Of a stretch of DNA of 64,000 nucleotides, positions 1 through 11,228 are shown in pieces. The translations under genes and the position numbers were made by a program. The stretch covers positions 64,001-128,000 of the IMG/VR virus record IMGVR_UViG_2799112923_000002; one strand, 5' to 3'. Each line of letters begins with the position of its first letter. Position 1 is the stretch's first letter. The DNA comes from a virus (taxonomy: Duplodnaviria; Heunggongvirae; Uroviricota; Caudoviricetes). The notes under the pieces were generated by a model. The model made no database searches and was not told where the DNA came from. It saw nothing but the letters and a program-made list of their open reading frames with translations.

Positions 1-168
1 ATAGAGCAGTTTAAATGGGAAAATAAAAAATATTACCATTTAATTAATAGTAGAATATTCGAATCGGATATTCCGATTAAAGAAAGATCTTATTCTAAAG
101 GAAGTTCGTACTTTAATTTAATAAAATTAGAGGATGAAACTAAAACAACCAGACGAAAAAGAGGATAA
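1..168 (+). CDS. 3' end of hypothetical protein (5'-partial)
   Basis: Frame 1 is open from position 1 (IEQFKWENKKYYHLINSRIF...) to TAA at 166-168. Confidence 0.5.
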   Translation: MEQFKWENKKYYHLINSRIFESDIPIKERSYSKGSSYFNLIKLEDETKTTRRKRG

Positions 169-649
169 GTTAAACATTTCAAAAGAATTATATTCTGCTT
201 TTTCTGATATATTACAAATTGAAGAGGATAAAATTGCTCTTATTAGTGCAGCAAAAACTTATTGTTTTATGCACGGAAACATGCAGTATAAGAAATTTTT
301 AAAATATTTATACGAATGTTGTATAAAAAATAAGAACTGTATTCTTGGATATTTGTATATGAATAATATGGCATCTCCAACTACAATGATTCATGGTATA
401 AATTTAGATGAGTTCGAATCATTTGAAAAAATCTTTGAACTTTTAGCTAGTGCCGAAGATGAATATGTAACTACTTTAAATAGTGCTATTAATGCAGCTT
501 TTAAAGATAATAATTGGAGTGCTTTTCAATATCTTTTAAAGAAACTTGATGGATTGGATCATTTATGTTGTAGAGCATTAGAAGCAGTTAAAAATAATTG
601 TGATTTATCAACATTAATACCATGCGAACAACATTCCTCGGACAAGTAG
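134..649 (+). CDS. Ferritin-like protein (divergent)
   Basis: 171 aa, helical. The segment EDEYVTTLNSAINAAFKDNNWSAFQYL resembles ferritin helices C-D. Confidence 0.55.
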   Translation: MKLKQPDEKEDKLNISKELYSAFSDILQIEEDKIALISAAKTYCFMHGNMQYKKFLKYLYECCIKNKNCILGYLYMNNMASPTTMIHGINLDEFESFEKIFELLASAEDEYVTTLNSAINAAFKDNNWSAFQYLLKKLDGLDHLCCRALEAVKNNCDLSTLIPCEQHSSDK

Positions 650-933
650 TTGCTACTCAGCCAGGTCAATATAAAATGTATGTTTTCAAAAATTTGGATG
701 AAAATGATAATAGTTTATTAAGATATTTTACTGTTACACAACCTCCAAATTGAAACGTAGAAGATTTAGATATTGGTGATACAGGTTTTGTAGAATGTGA
801 TTACGTTAACGCCGGAGATAAATACTATCAAGTTTCTACACAGGAAATGCAAACGTATAATTATACTGTTTGCTATTTATTAAATTTTATTAAACAAAAA
901 CCTAAAATAACAAATAAAGATTTTAAATTTTAA
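622..933 (+). CDS. Hypothetical protein, 103 aa (TGA=Trp)
   Basis: ATG at 622, one in-frame TGA at 751 (QPPNW), TAA at 931-933. Ends ...NKDFKF. Absent from the ORF track. Confidence 0.75.
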
Positions 934-938
934 AGATT

Positions 939-1790
939 ATGAGTGATTTACAAGAAAAGTTGGTACAAGCATTTGATGATAGGGACAAAGATATAAATCG
1001 TTGAACTTGAAAAATGTCAAATGGTACGGAAGTGAAAATGATGGATATGAAATATGATCAACTTCAACGTGCATATTGACATGTAATCGACATGCTTTAT
1101 AATAAAGATCCGTATCATCCTGGTGTACAACGAAAAAGAGATCAAGTAAGACGTATGTGGGATTGTGCTAATACAGAACTTTTACTACGTTATATTTTAC
1201 ATGAATGTCGAATAGATGTTCTTAAAACAAATAAAGACTTACTTGATTATATAAGTGCTCATAAGCGAGAGCATGGACTAAAAAATACAGATACTGTTGA
1301 TAAAATATTTACAGGTTTACCAGATGTATTTAGTTCTGTGACTATAGATATGCTGTTATCTGCATGTTTAGATTCATTGGATGCATTTAATCGTAGATTA
1401 ATTTCCGATAAGTTTATTTTATCTCTTGGTATTTGGCTATCTGAAGATGAAAAGAAAGATCTAACTGAATACGATTCTAATGGTAGATATCGTAGTAAGA
1501 AGGATGTTATCAAGGAAAGACTCTTCTTAAATAGTAATGTCGAATTAAGATTTAATCCGCAGGGTTTATCTTATAACGAATTCCGATCTATTGTTAGACT
1601 GGAAGGTCGTCCAAAATTTTCAAATATTCCAACAAATACTATTCTATTATTAAGAGATAAAATATTGCTTTTATTGGATCATGATTTTGAATATCATATT
1701 AATCGTTGAAATGTATTAAAAGATAAACTTGAAATGGTAGCAATGCAAAAGAATTTTACTCTAAAGCCTAGAGATGATAATCAAAGGTAA
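939..1790 (+). CDS. Hypothetical phage protein, 283 aa (TGA=Trp)
   Basis: ATG at 939 is in frame with track ORF 1092-1709 through TGA codons. Ends at TAA 1788-1790, overlapping the polB start. Confidence 0.8.
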
Positions 1791-3678
1791 AACTGCATTT
1801 GTTTACGATATTGAAGTATTTCCTAATTTTTTTAGTGTCGCTATTAAAAATACAGAGTCTGGCAATATTCGAACATTTCAAATTTCTGAATGAAAAAACG
1901 AAATTGGAGATATTGTTCAACTTTTTTTAAATCAAAAAATATATTGAGTTGGATATAATTCAATTCATTATGACGCTCCTATTATTTCTTATATCATAAT
2001 CAATTATAGGAAATTAGTGTCACAACCTGTTTGATTAACTAATCAAGAATTAAAACAGTTTAGTGATTTGATTATTGAATCTAAAACATCAGCATCATGA
2101 AAAAAATATAAATATGCAAATCTATTTTCAAATCTTGATTTATTAACTATGATGTTTGCAGAGAAATTAAGAGTTTCTTTGAAAGCGTTACAAGTTACAA
2201 TGGAATATAGAAATGTTGAAGAATATGATGGTGATTTTAACAGTTTTCTTCCTAAAGCTGATGTAGAGAAATTAATTAATTATAATATTAATGATATCTT
2301 ATCTACTGAAGAACTTTTAAACCGTTTAAAAGGTGAAATTGAGCTTCGATTAGGAATTGAACAAAATCTTGGAGTAAATGTTTTAAATCAAGATGGTGTT
2401 AATTTAGGTGTTGAAGTTATTAAAAATAGTTATCTTAGAGATACAGGAAAATCTTGATATGAAATAAAAGATTTAAGAAGTCCTTGTCATGAAGTAGATC
2501 TTAAAGACATTTATTTCAATTTTATAAAATTTGAAACACCTTTGTTTCAAGAATTTTATAAGGAACTTTATAATACACATATTAATCTTGATGCAGAAAA
2601 ACTTAAAAAGACTGCAGATAGATGAAAGAAAACACTTCGTGTTGGAGATCTCGAAATAACATATTCATTAGGTGGAATTCATACTAAAAATAAACCAGAA
2701 GTTTTTAGAACTGATGACTTTTGAATCATTATTGATTCAGATTGTGCATCAATGTATCCAAGTGCAATTATAAATTTTGGATTGTATCCTCAACATCTTG
2801 GTCCTGAATTTTTAAAGACTTATAAGAAAATTAGAGAGGATAGAATTAAAGCCAAACATAATGGTGATAAAGTTATGAATCAGACTTATAAGTTAGCACT
2901 TAATGGTATTTCTGGAATGTTACAAAATGAATATAGTTGATGTTATGATCCTAAGACTGTTATTAAATTACGATTAAATTGTCAATTAATGCTTTTAATG
3001 CTTACTGAAAAATTAATTAATTTAGGTTGCCGTATTGGACAATTAAATACAGATGGTATTATGTATATGGCTCCTAGAGATAAATTTGATGAAATAATGC
3101 AGGCATGTAAAGAATGGGAATCTGTAACTCAATTTCAATTAGAACATGAATATTTTGAAGTATTCTATCAATACGCTGTAAATGATTATATTGGAGTATA
3201 TAAAGGTTATTCTGAAACACATGATCCAAAACTTATTAAAACTAAAGGTATGTTTATTCAGGAACCTATTCTTGGAAAAGGTATGGCTCCACAAATTATT
3301 GCAGAAGCTTTAGTTCAATATTTTGTGAATAAAGTTCCAGTTAATGATACGTTATATGCTTGTAACGATATTAAAAAGTTTTTGACTTTTCAAAAAGTAA
3401 GTCGAGATTTTAGTGTTGAATATAATGGACAACTTTTGACGCATATAAATCGATATTATATGTCTATAAATGGACATAAAATTCGTAAATGTAAAGTTGA
3501 TACTAATGGAAAACGTTACGATTATGAAGATATGTGTGCAACATCTGGTGTTACATTATTTAATGTATTACAAGATATTTCTCCTAAAGACGCTAATATA
3601 AACTATAGTTGATATCGTAATGAAATTTATAAAATAATTTATGCTATAGAAGATAGCTTAAATCCTACATTATTTTAA
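1774..3678 (+). CDS. polB: Family B DNA polymerase, 634 aa (TGA=Trp)
   Basis: Exonuclease motifs YDIEVFPN and WVGYN..HYD; polymerase motifs DSDCASMYPS, YKLALNGISG and LNTDG. Nine in-frame TGA codons join three track fragments. Confidence 0.93.
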
Positions 3679-4592
3679 TGAAATTAGATTTAAACTTATT
3701 AAAAAGGGCGTTATCAATAAATCATCCATCTAAAAAAGAATGGCCAATGTTAACATTTATTATAAACGAGTGTTATAAAATTGGCGGATTGGATTTTGAA
3801 ATGGATGGCTATTGTAACATATTTATTACTAAAAACACATCTAATCCTGAATTCTTTCCTTGTGTAATTGCGCATACAGATCATGTTGTATCTTGTGATC
3901 ATAAGGAAGTTAGAATTAAGAATAATAAAATTTGGGGTAGAGATAAAATGACTGGAAAACAAACTGCTTTGGGTGCAGATGATACAAACGGTATATGTTG
4001 CGCGATACAGTTATTAAAAGAAATTCCAGATTTAAAAGTATGTTTTACAACTGAAGAAGAAGTTGGATTTTTAGGAGCAGATTATGCTTCTGATAATATA
4101 GATTTCTTCTACAATGTTTCTTATATGATTCAGGCAGATAGGCATGGTAGTTCTGATTTAATCACATATACAAATGGAATATATTCTGCTTCTGAATATT
4201 GGTTACAGGAAGTATCCGGAATAATGGCAGCTTTTCAATATAAAGAGGCTTATGGACTTGGTACAGATGTAGGAGTTCTTTCAGAACAATTACAATTATC
4301 TGGAGTAAATATTTCATGTGGCTACTATGATGAACATAAAGTAACGGAATATACTATTATTCCTGAACTTCAGAACTGTCTGAATTTTATGGAAGCTATT
4401 TTAAAAACAGTACCTATAGATAAACAATATACGATTAAAATCGATTATAAAGCTTATAATAGGTATTTTGATTATGAACCAGAGATGGAACCAAATGCTA
4501 AATTTGATGACTATCCAAGAGATTACGATTATATACCTTGTGACCATTGCGAGGAATATGATTGTATGAATTGTAAAAAATATCCACTATAA
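3678..4592 (+). CDS. Zn-dependent M20/M28-type peptidase
   Basis: Motifs AHTDHV, GADD, TEEEVG, QADRHG, TDVG and NISCGYYDEH; 304 aa. Confidence 0.85.
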   Translation: MKLDLNLLKRALSINHPSKKEWPMLTFIINECYKIGGLDFEMDGYCNIFITKNTSNPEFFPCVIAHTDHVVSCDHKEVRIKNNKIWGRDKMTGKQTALGADDTNGICCAIQLLKEIPDLKVCFTTEEEVGFLGADYASDNIDFFYNVSYMIQADRHGSSDLITYTNGIYSASEYWLQEVSGIMAAFQYKEAYGLGTDVGVLSEQLQLSGVNISCGYYDEHKVTEYTIIPELQNCLNFMEAILKTVPIDKQYTIKIDYKAYNRYFDYEPEMEPNAKFDDYPRDYDYIPCDHCEEYDCMNCKKYPL

Positions 4593-5810
4593 TGGATAGA
4601 ACTGAACGACAAAAACTTTGTTTAAAGCGATGACTAAATTGTGGAGGGAAAGCAAGCATTGAGGCTTGCACTGGGTTTCGGAAAAACTAGAGTCGCTTTA
4701 AACCTTATAGACGCTTTTACTAGTAAAAATCCAGAAGCACAAACATTAGTTGTAGTTCCAACACAAATTCTTAAAGATCAATGAATTCAACAAATTGATG
4801 AAAGAGGATTAGGACTAAATGCCAGAGTGGAAATTATTAATTCTGTTATTAAATTGGATTGGACTTGTGATCTTCTTATAATAGATGAGGCACATATTGC
4901 TGCAGCTGAACAGATGGTACAAGTTTTTAATAAAGTTTGTTACAAATTTATTCTTTGTTTAACTGGTACAATGGAACGTCTTGATATGAGACATCTTCTT
5001 ATTGAAAAGTTTGCTCCAATTTGTGATAGAGTTACAATACAAGAAGCTGAACAAAATGGTTGAGTTTCTCCACATAAAGAATATTTGGTTTTACTTAATG
5101 TAGATCTTACAGAATATAATGAATGAACTCGTAAATTTAATGCGTATTTCTCATATTTTAATTTTGATTTCGCTTTAGCTATGAAAGTTGCAACTGATCC
5201 AATTGCTCGTAATCAATGAGCGAAACGGATGGGATTGGATTCTAAAAAAACTGCTGCAATTGCATTGGATTGGATGAGAATGATGAAAAAACGAAAAGAT
5301 TTTGTTATGAATCATCCTAAAAAGATTGAAATTGCAAGAAAGATTTTGGAAGCTCGCCCAGATAAAAAAGCAATTACTTTTTCTGCTACAATTAATACAG
5401 CAGAACAAATAGGTATTGGTGAAACTATTCATTCTCAAAAGAAAGCAAAAGAAAATAAAGAAATCTTAGATCGATTTAATGCACAGGAATGTGGTGTATT
5501 AAATACTTCTAAATCCGCAGATCAAGGATTGGATTTAAAAGGTATAAATCTAGAAGTCATTTTACATACAGATTCATCTAAAATTCGTAAAGTACAAAGA
5601 GTAGGACGAAGTATTAGATATGAATATGGAAAAACTACTGAAATTTTTACATTGGTTATTGCTGGAACACAAGAAGTAAAATGATTTACTAATAGTAAAG
5701 CATCTAAAGTAACCACAATTACTGAAGAACAGTTAGATCGAGTTTTAGCTGGAGAAAACATTGAAACTCGAGAAAGAAATTATTCCGAAAACCTAAAATT
5801 TAGATTTTAA
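4592..5810 (+). CDS. Superfamily 2 (DEAH) helicase, about 405 aa; needs a +1 frameshift at 4676-4679
   Basis: The N-terminus MDRTERQ...IEACTGF (frame of 4592) joins GKTRVA...LIIDEAH...LTGT...QRVGRSIR in the +1 frame. The zero frame stops at TAG 4688. Confidence 0.8.
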
Positions 5811-5877
5811 CAGTTTCAGCCTAAAGATACCTAAAGTATTATTGAACGTTAAATTAATATTATAATTTAACATTAAT

Positions 5878-6474
5878 TTGGAACTTGATACAATATTAAA
5901 TCTAATGATTTCATATAGACTTACTGCCGATGAACTCTTGTTGGTTTATTTAACATTTCTTGCACAAGAGGAAGAAAATCATCCTGAATTTTTAGCAAAA
6001 TGATTTTCTAATGGCGGTGGATCTAAATTGAAAGGGTTATTTGAATCCTTAAAAGAAAAAGGTATTATTCATAAAGATTATAATCCAGAATCATATAATC
6101 CCGATGATATTGAGTTTAATAAAAACTTTTTAAAAGGATGGATTAAAAATTCTGGAGAACTTGGAAAAGAATTATTTGATGCTTATCCGCCCTTTATTAC
6201 AGTTCAGGGTAAGACATATCCACTTAAAAATATAGCAAAGAAATTTAATTCTTTGGATGATTTTTTCTTTCACTATAGTAGTCAAATAAAACACAATCCT
6301 GAAAAACATAAAGAAATTATGGAGATTTTGGATTGAGCTAAAGCAAATAATAAAATTAATAGTGGCATTTTAGAATTTGTTTGTAGTAATGGATGAGATA
6401 GTTTAAAGTATCTTAGAGATCATCCACAAGAAGGTCAAGTGGAGAGTACATTTAATGTGTATGAAAGTGCCTAA
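5878..6474 (+). CDS. Hypothetical protein upstream of DnaB (possible wHTH initiator or helicase loader), 198 aa
   Basis: TTG start at 5878, TGA read-through, TAA at 6472-6474 coupled to the dnaB ATG. The function is inferred from position only. Confidence 0.65.
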
Positions 6475-7589
6475 TGACAGATCTTGAACTTCTTTGAACT
6501 CTTATAGATAAAGGTAAAAAAGGTGATAATATAGGAATTTCTACCGGATTAAGTAAATTAGATAAACTAATTGGAGGTATTCAACCACATAGATATTATT
6601 TGTGTGGTGCAAGTTCGTCTGTTGGTAAAACTGCATTAATATTATATATAATGTATAATATTTTAAAAAACGAGGACAAAAAACGTCCAGTTTATTTTCA
6701 ATATTATAGTTTGGAAATTGGTGCAGATGTGTTACTAGCAAAATTAATGGGACTATATTGTGCAGAAGAATTTGGAGTATATTTAACAATTAATGATATT
6801 TTATCATTTGAACATCCTATTTCAGATAAAGATTATGAATGTTTGAAACAGGCCAAAAAATGACTTTCTGCAATTTCAGAATATATTGATATAGTTGATA
6901 CAAATGTTAGTGCAGATGTTTTATATGCACATACTTGTAAATTTGCAGAAACTATTGGACGTTTTGAAATTATAAATGGAAAGAAAGTGTTTATTCCAGA
7001 TAATCCTAATGCTCTAATAATCGGTGTAATAGATCACTTTGCATTAATGAATGTACAAGCAGGAAGAACGTTAAAACAAGAAATTGATTTAGCATCTTCT
7101 TATATGGTAACACTTAAAAGAAAGTTACCATTATCGTGATTTGCATTAATGCAGCAAAATAGAGCATCTTCTGATATTGAACGTCGTAAATTAGATCTTA
7201 GTGAGCCAGGTCTTAATGATTTAAAAGATAGTGGTTCTCCAAGTCAGGATTCCGATGTTGTTATGCAATTGTTCTATCCATTTAGAGAAAAATTAGCTAC
7301 ATATCGTGGTTATAGAATTCTTGGAGATAATGGACTTGGACAAAATCATAGAAGTTTGATATTAAGTAAGAACAGATATGGTATTGCAAATCAAGTGATA
7401 AATCTTGGTTTTTATGGTTCTGTTGGATGGTGAACTGAATTACCAGCTCCAGAAAAAATTACTGATTATACACAATTTCATTTTGAAGAAAATAATATAC
7501 CTTGTAAAAACAAAAAAGAAATGTTAAAAATAGATGATTCTACTCCACAACGAGTAGATGAGAAAAAGCCTATAAAATTTAGTTTTTAA
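6474..7589 (+). CDS. dnaB: DnaB-like replicative helicase, 371 aa (TGA=Trp)
   Basis: GISTGLSKLDKLIGG, Walker A GASSSVGKT, YSLE, IDH, QQNR, DLKDSG..SQDSDVV and KNRYG. Confidence 0.9.
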
Positions 7590-8332
7590 TGGCAATCGAA
7601 TTACCTAAAACAAAAATTAAGGCAGAACTACAAGATCCAAAATACTTAATTGTATTTGGTAAGCCAAAAATCGGAAAGTCTACTGCTCTTGCAGCACTTC
7701 CAAACAATCTTATAGTAGATCTTGAAAATGGATATAAGTATATCGATGCTCTCAAAGTTGAAGCAAACAGCTTAGCCGATTTGAAAGAAATTGCAATTGC
7801 AATTAAAGAGGCTGGATGTCCATATAAATATCTAACATTGGATACAATTACAAAACTTGAAGAAATTGTCAAACCGTTAGCTCTAAAATTATATCTCGAT
7901 ACACCTGCTGGTAGTAAATTTACCGGTAAAGATGTATTAGATGCACCAATGGGTGCAGGATATAGTAAAATCAGAGATGCTATCGAAATGGTAATTGATA
8001 TGTTTCAGAAAGTTGTGCCAAATATTATTTTAGTCTGTCATGTTAAAGATTCTGCTGTTGCAAACACTGATATTACAGCTAAAGTAATAGATTTAACTGG
8101 TAAAACTGGTAGAGTTTTGGCATCTAGATCCGATGCAATTGGATATTTATATCGTGATGATTTTTCCAATACAATTTTAAGTTTTAATAGCAATGATAAA
8201 TTTGTAGATTGTGGTTCTAGACCAGAACATCTTCGTAATAAAGATATAGTTCTTGGCGAAATGCAAGAAGATGGAACCATTATATATCATTGGGAACGTA
8301 TCTTCCCTTCTGAATCTATAAACAATGCTTAA
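7589..8332 (+). CDS. AAA/RecA-like ATPase (Sak4/AAA_24-like)
   Basis: Walker A FGKPKIGKST, VDLENG, LDTIT and LVCHVKD; sits next to SSB-like genes. Confidence 0.8.
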   Translation: MAIELPKTKIKAELQDPKYLIVFGKPKIGKSTALAALPNNLIVDLENGYKYIDALKVEANSLADLKEIAIAIKEAGCPYKYLTLDTITKLEEIVKPLALKLYLDTPAGSKFTGKDVLDAPMGAGYSKIRDAIEMVIDMFQKVVPNIILVCHVKDSAVANTDITAKVIDLTGKTGRVLASRSDAIGYLYRDDFSNTILSFNSNDKFVDCGSRPEHLRNKDIVLGEMQEDGTIIYHWERIFPSESINNA

Positions 8333-8843
8333 AATTTCATTTGTTTTTGATGAAATGTCTGGTACGGTATCCAATGTAAAAGTCGATGGATATAAACCAA
8401 AACTTAAAGAAATAAATACACCTTGTACTGATGTTGATCTTGAAGTACAAGAAAATAAACTCAAATTGTCAAAAAATGCATTAGAAAAACTTAATGCAAA
8501 AGCTGATGATAGAATTTCTATTCAGTATTGACAAGAAGGTATTGGTAAATCAATACCTATTATTGGAAAAGCAGAAATGTTTACCGATCGTCTTGATGGA
8601 AATAGACTTACAAAAACAGGAACTGTTTCCTTTAGAGGTGAGAAACGAACAACGTTACTTGATTTTGGAACATTTTTTAACTTAGAAACATTTAAAGACG
8701 GTATCTGAAAATTAGTTCCAGTTAAAATTGAAGAGGAAAATGATGATCTTGTTGAAGAACAAGAAGATGCAGAAGCTTTAAATGATTCTGAAATTGATAA
8801 AGAGATTGAAAATATTATGGCAGAAGATGATCTGCCCTTTTAA
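8325..8843 (+). CDS. Hypothetical protein with acidic SSB-like tail (DDLPF), 172 aa
   Basis: TGA read-through at 8529 and about 8706. Acidic C-terminus ends MAEDDLPF at TAA 8841-8843. Confidence 0.75.
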
Positions 8844-8855
8844 TTAATATATACT

Positions 8856-9572
8856 ATGGGAATGTTTAATTTAGGCTCTACCACCGGCCTTGCTGAAGGT
8901 GGTAAATTTCTTAGCGCTGGTATTCATAACGCAAAGTTTAATGGTTTGGCTTTAAGTGAAGTTACGTCTCAAAAGGATGGAACTATTTATAATACAATGC
9001 AGTTAACTCTTGATGTTGAGGGTTATGGCGATTTTGTTCAAAATTTCTTTGATCCATCAAAGAGAAACGGAGTCGAGGATCCTACATGTATGGAAAGAAC
9101 TCAATCTCAGTATGGAGAAAATCCTTCTAGAGTAGAACATTTTATGGTAGCTCTTCGTCAGATTCTTGATGCACTCGATCCTAAGATTGGAGAGGATATT
9201 GATAATAAAAATGTTGTTATTAATGGAAAGAAAATCAATACTGATGATTTAAACTTTGATCAATTAGTAAAACTTTGTGCAATTCTTACCAAACCATATA
9301 TTGGAGCAGAAGTTGAAGTAAAACTTATCCCTCAAAATAATGGATTTAATAGTATTCCTAGTTTCCCTGCAAAGATTAATCGTGCAGGTGCATTAGGTAT
9401 TGCTACTAGATTTATTGGACATGATCTTACTCTATCTCAGCGTGAACAGAAGATGATTGAGCAGGCTCAGAACAATCGTCCTACAAATATGGCTGCACCT
9501 ACAAGTAATGTAACTCTCGATGGTGTTGCAGAAGCACTTAAAGTAGATACAACTACTGATCTTCCATTCTAA
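8856..9572 (+). CDS. Single-stranded DNA-binding protein-like
   Basis: 238 aa with C-terminal TTDLPF, lying between the ATPase and the primase. Confidence 0.65.
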   Translation: MGMFNLGSTTGLAEGGKFLSAGIHNAKFNGLALSEVTSQKDGTIYNTMQLTLDVEGYGDFVQNFFDPSKRNGVEDPTCMERTQSQYGENPSRVEHFMVALRQILDALDPKIGEDIDNKNVVINGKKINTDDLNFDQLVKLCAILTKPYIGAEVEVKLIPQNNGFNSIPSFPAKINRAGALGIATRFIGHDLTLSQREQKMIEQAQNNRPTNMAAPTSNVTLDGVAEALKVDTTTDLPF

Positions 9573-9578
9573 TAACTG

Positions 9579-10583
9579 ATGAAATTTTCATTAGAACCGA
9601 TTACAATAACAAAGGAACTTATTTTAAATAGAGTTTCTGAAGAACAGATTATGGAGCATTATTTAGGCGTTAGAATACAAAAAGGCCTATTTAGAAGCCC
9701 CCTTAGAAATGATAGAATGCCAACAGCGTCTTTTTATAAAAATGGACGAGGTAGGTTAATTATGAAAGATTTTTCTGGTGCCTTTTCTGGCGATTGTTTT
9801 TCGGTTGTAATGGAGAAATTCCAATGTAGTTATTATACAGCTCTTCAAATAATAGCAAATGATTTCGGAATTATTCAACGTAAGGATATGCAAAAACATA
9901 AACCAAAAATTGAATATTCCGGAATCAAATTTGAAGAAAAAGAATCTGCAAAAATTCAAATAAAAACTAGAGAGTTTACAGATAAAGAACTTGAATGATG
10001 ACTGCGTTATGGAATCACCAAACAAACACTTGAAAAATTTAGGGTTTATCCTGTAGATGCAGTTTGATTAAACGATGAATTATTTTATCAAAATATTGAT
10101 TCTAAACCAGTATTTGGATATTATGGTGGAATAAAAAATGGAATTGAACAGTGGCGAATATATTTTCCAGGAAGAAAAGCTGGAAAATTTATTTCTAATT
10201 GAAAACAAGATCAAATTCAAGGAGCTCATATGCTTTCAAAAGATGGAGGAGATTATGTAATTGTTACTAAATCTTTAAAAGATGTTATGGCCTTATACGA
10301 ATTTGGTATACCAGCTATAGCACCTTGTTCCGAAAATTTATTTGTTACCAAATCACAGTACGAACGATTAAAAAATCATTATAAACATATATATGTTTTA
10401 TATGATAACGATTTACCAGGTGTTCAAGCTATGCGTAAAATACGCAAACAATTTCCAGAAGTAACTTGTTTAATGTTACATAGAGAAGATGCAAAAGATT
10501 TTTCTGACTATAGAAAATCATTTGGATACAGAAAAACTTTGGAATTAATTGAAAAAGCAAAAGAATATTATGGTCAAACGTAA
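9579..10583 (+). CDS. dnaG: DNA primase (DnaG-like TOPRIM), 334 aa (TGA=Trp)
   Basis: N-terminal FRSPLRND...KDF.G.F.GDCF; TOPRIM VTKSLKDVMAL...YDNDLPG...KDFSDY. Tandem TGA-TGA reads as ELEWW. Confidence 0.88.
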
Positions 10584-11007
10584 AAAAGAAATCGAACTTC
10601 CAACTGAAGAAGAGCTTGATAAAAAACCTAAAAGAAGAGGTTTAGGAGCTAGAAATAAAGCAAGAGGTAATGAATATGAATGTAGAATAGCAAAAGAGCT
10701 TCGAGAATTGGGTTTTACAGGTGTTGTTACTTCTAGAAGTGAATCTAAAAGAACAGATGATAATAAAATCGATTTAATTGATACAGAACATCAGTTACCT
10801 TTTAATATTCAACTTAAGAGAACACAAACAACACCTCAATATTTTAAAATTAGAGAAGAATCTACTGTTGATCCAGAAAGTTTTGTCTTAATTTGAAATA
10901 AACAAGAAAAAGCTAATATTAATTTTTTATCCGTAGGCGAAGTCGTTATGATGGATAAAAAAGCATTTTATAAATTAATAAAACAATTTACAGAATCCGG
11001 AAAGTAA
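10570..11007 (+). CDS. Holliday junction resolvase-like PD-(D/E)XK nuclease, 145 aa
   Basis: ARGNEYECRIAKEL...SRSES...KIDL...IQLK. One TGA; ends at TAA 11005-11007. Confidence 0.75.
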
Positions 11008-11020
11008 TTCCGGATTTTTT
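10994..11020 (+). terminator. Rho-independent terminator
   Basis: AATCCGGAA-agtaa-TTCCGGATT followed by a T-run. Confidence 0.8.
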
Positions 11021-11033
11021 ATTATATTTACAT

Positions 11034-11228
11034 ATGAAACAATTTAAAGTTGCTGTTAGTACTCCAGAAAGAGCGATAATTATTCCAATGGAGTATAACG
11101 ATGAGCAAGATACTATAGAAATAAAAGAATTACAGGTTGAACCTGTTCCTGATAAAGATGAGGATATTTCTAAAGATCCTGCGTTTTTTATTGTACAGAA
11201 AATATTAAAAGCGTTTTATAATGAGTAA
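11034..11228 (+). CDS. Hypothetical protein, 64 aa
   Basis: ATG after the terminator; the stop overlaps the next start. Confidence 0.7.
   Translation: MKQFKVAVSTPERAIIIPMEYNDEQDTIEIKELQVEPVPDKDEDISKDPAFFIVQKILKAFYNE

Noticed and set aside
4641-4690. Alternative GTG start in the +1 frame that would avoid the helicase frameshift
   Set aside because: It gives VEGKQALRLALGFGKT and loses the Q-motif-like RTERQ, the typical IEACTG context and the coupling to the upstream stop. It cannot be fully excluded.
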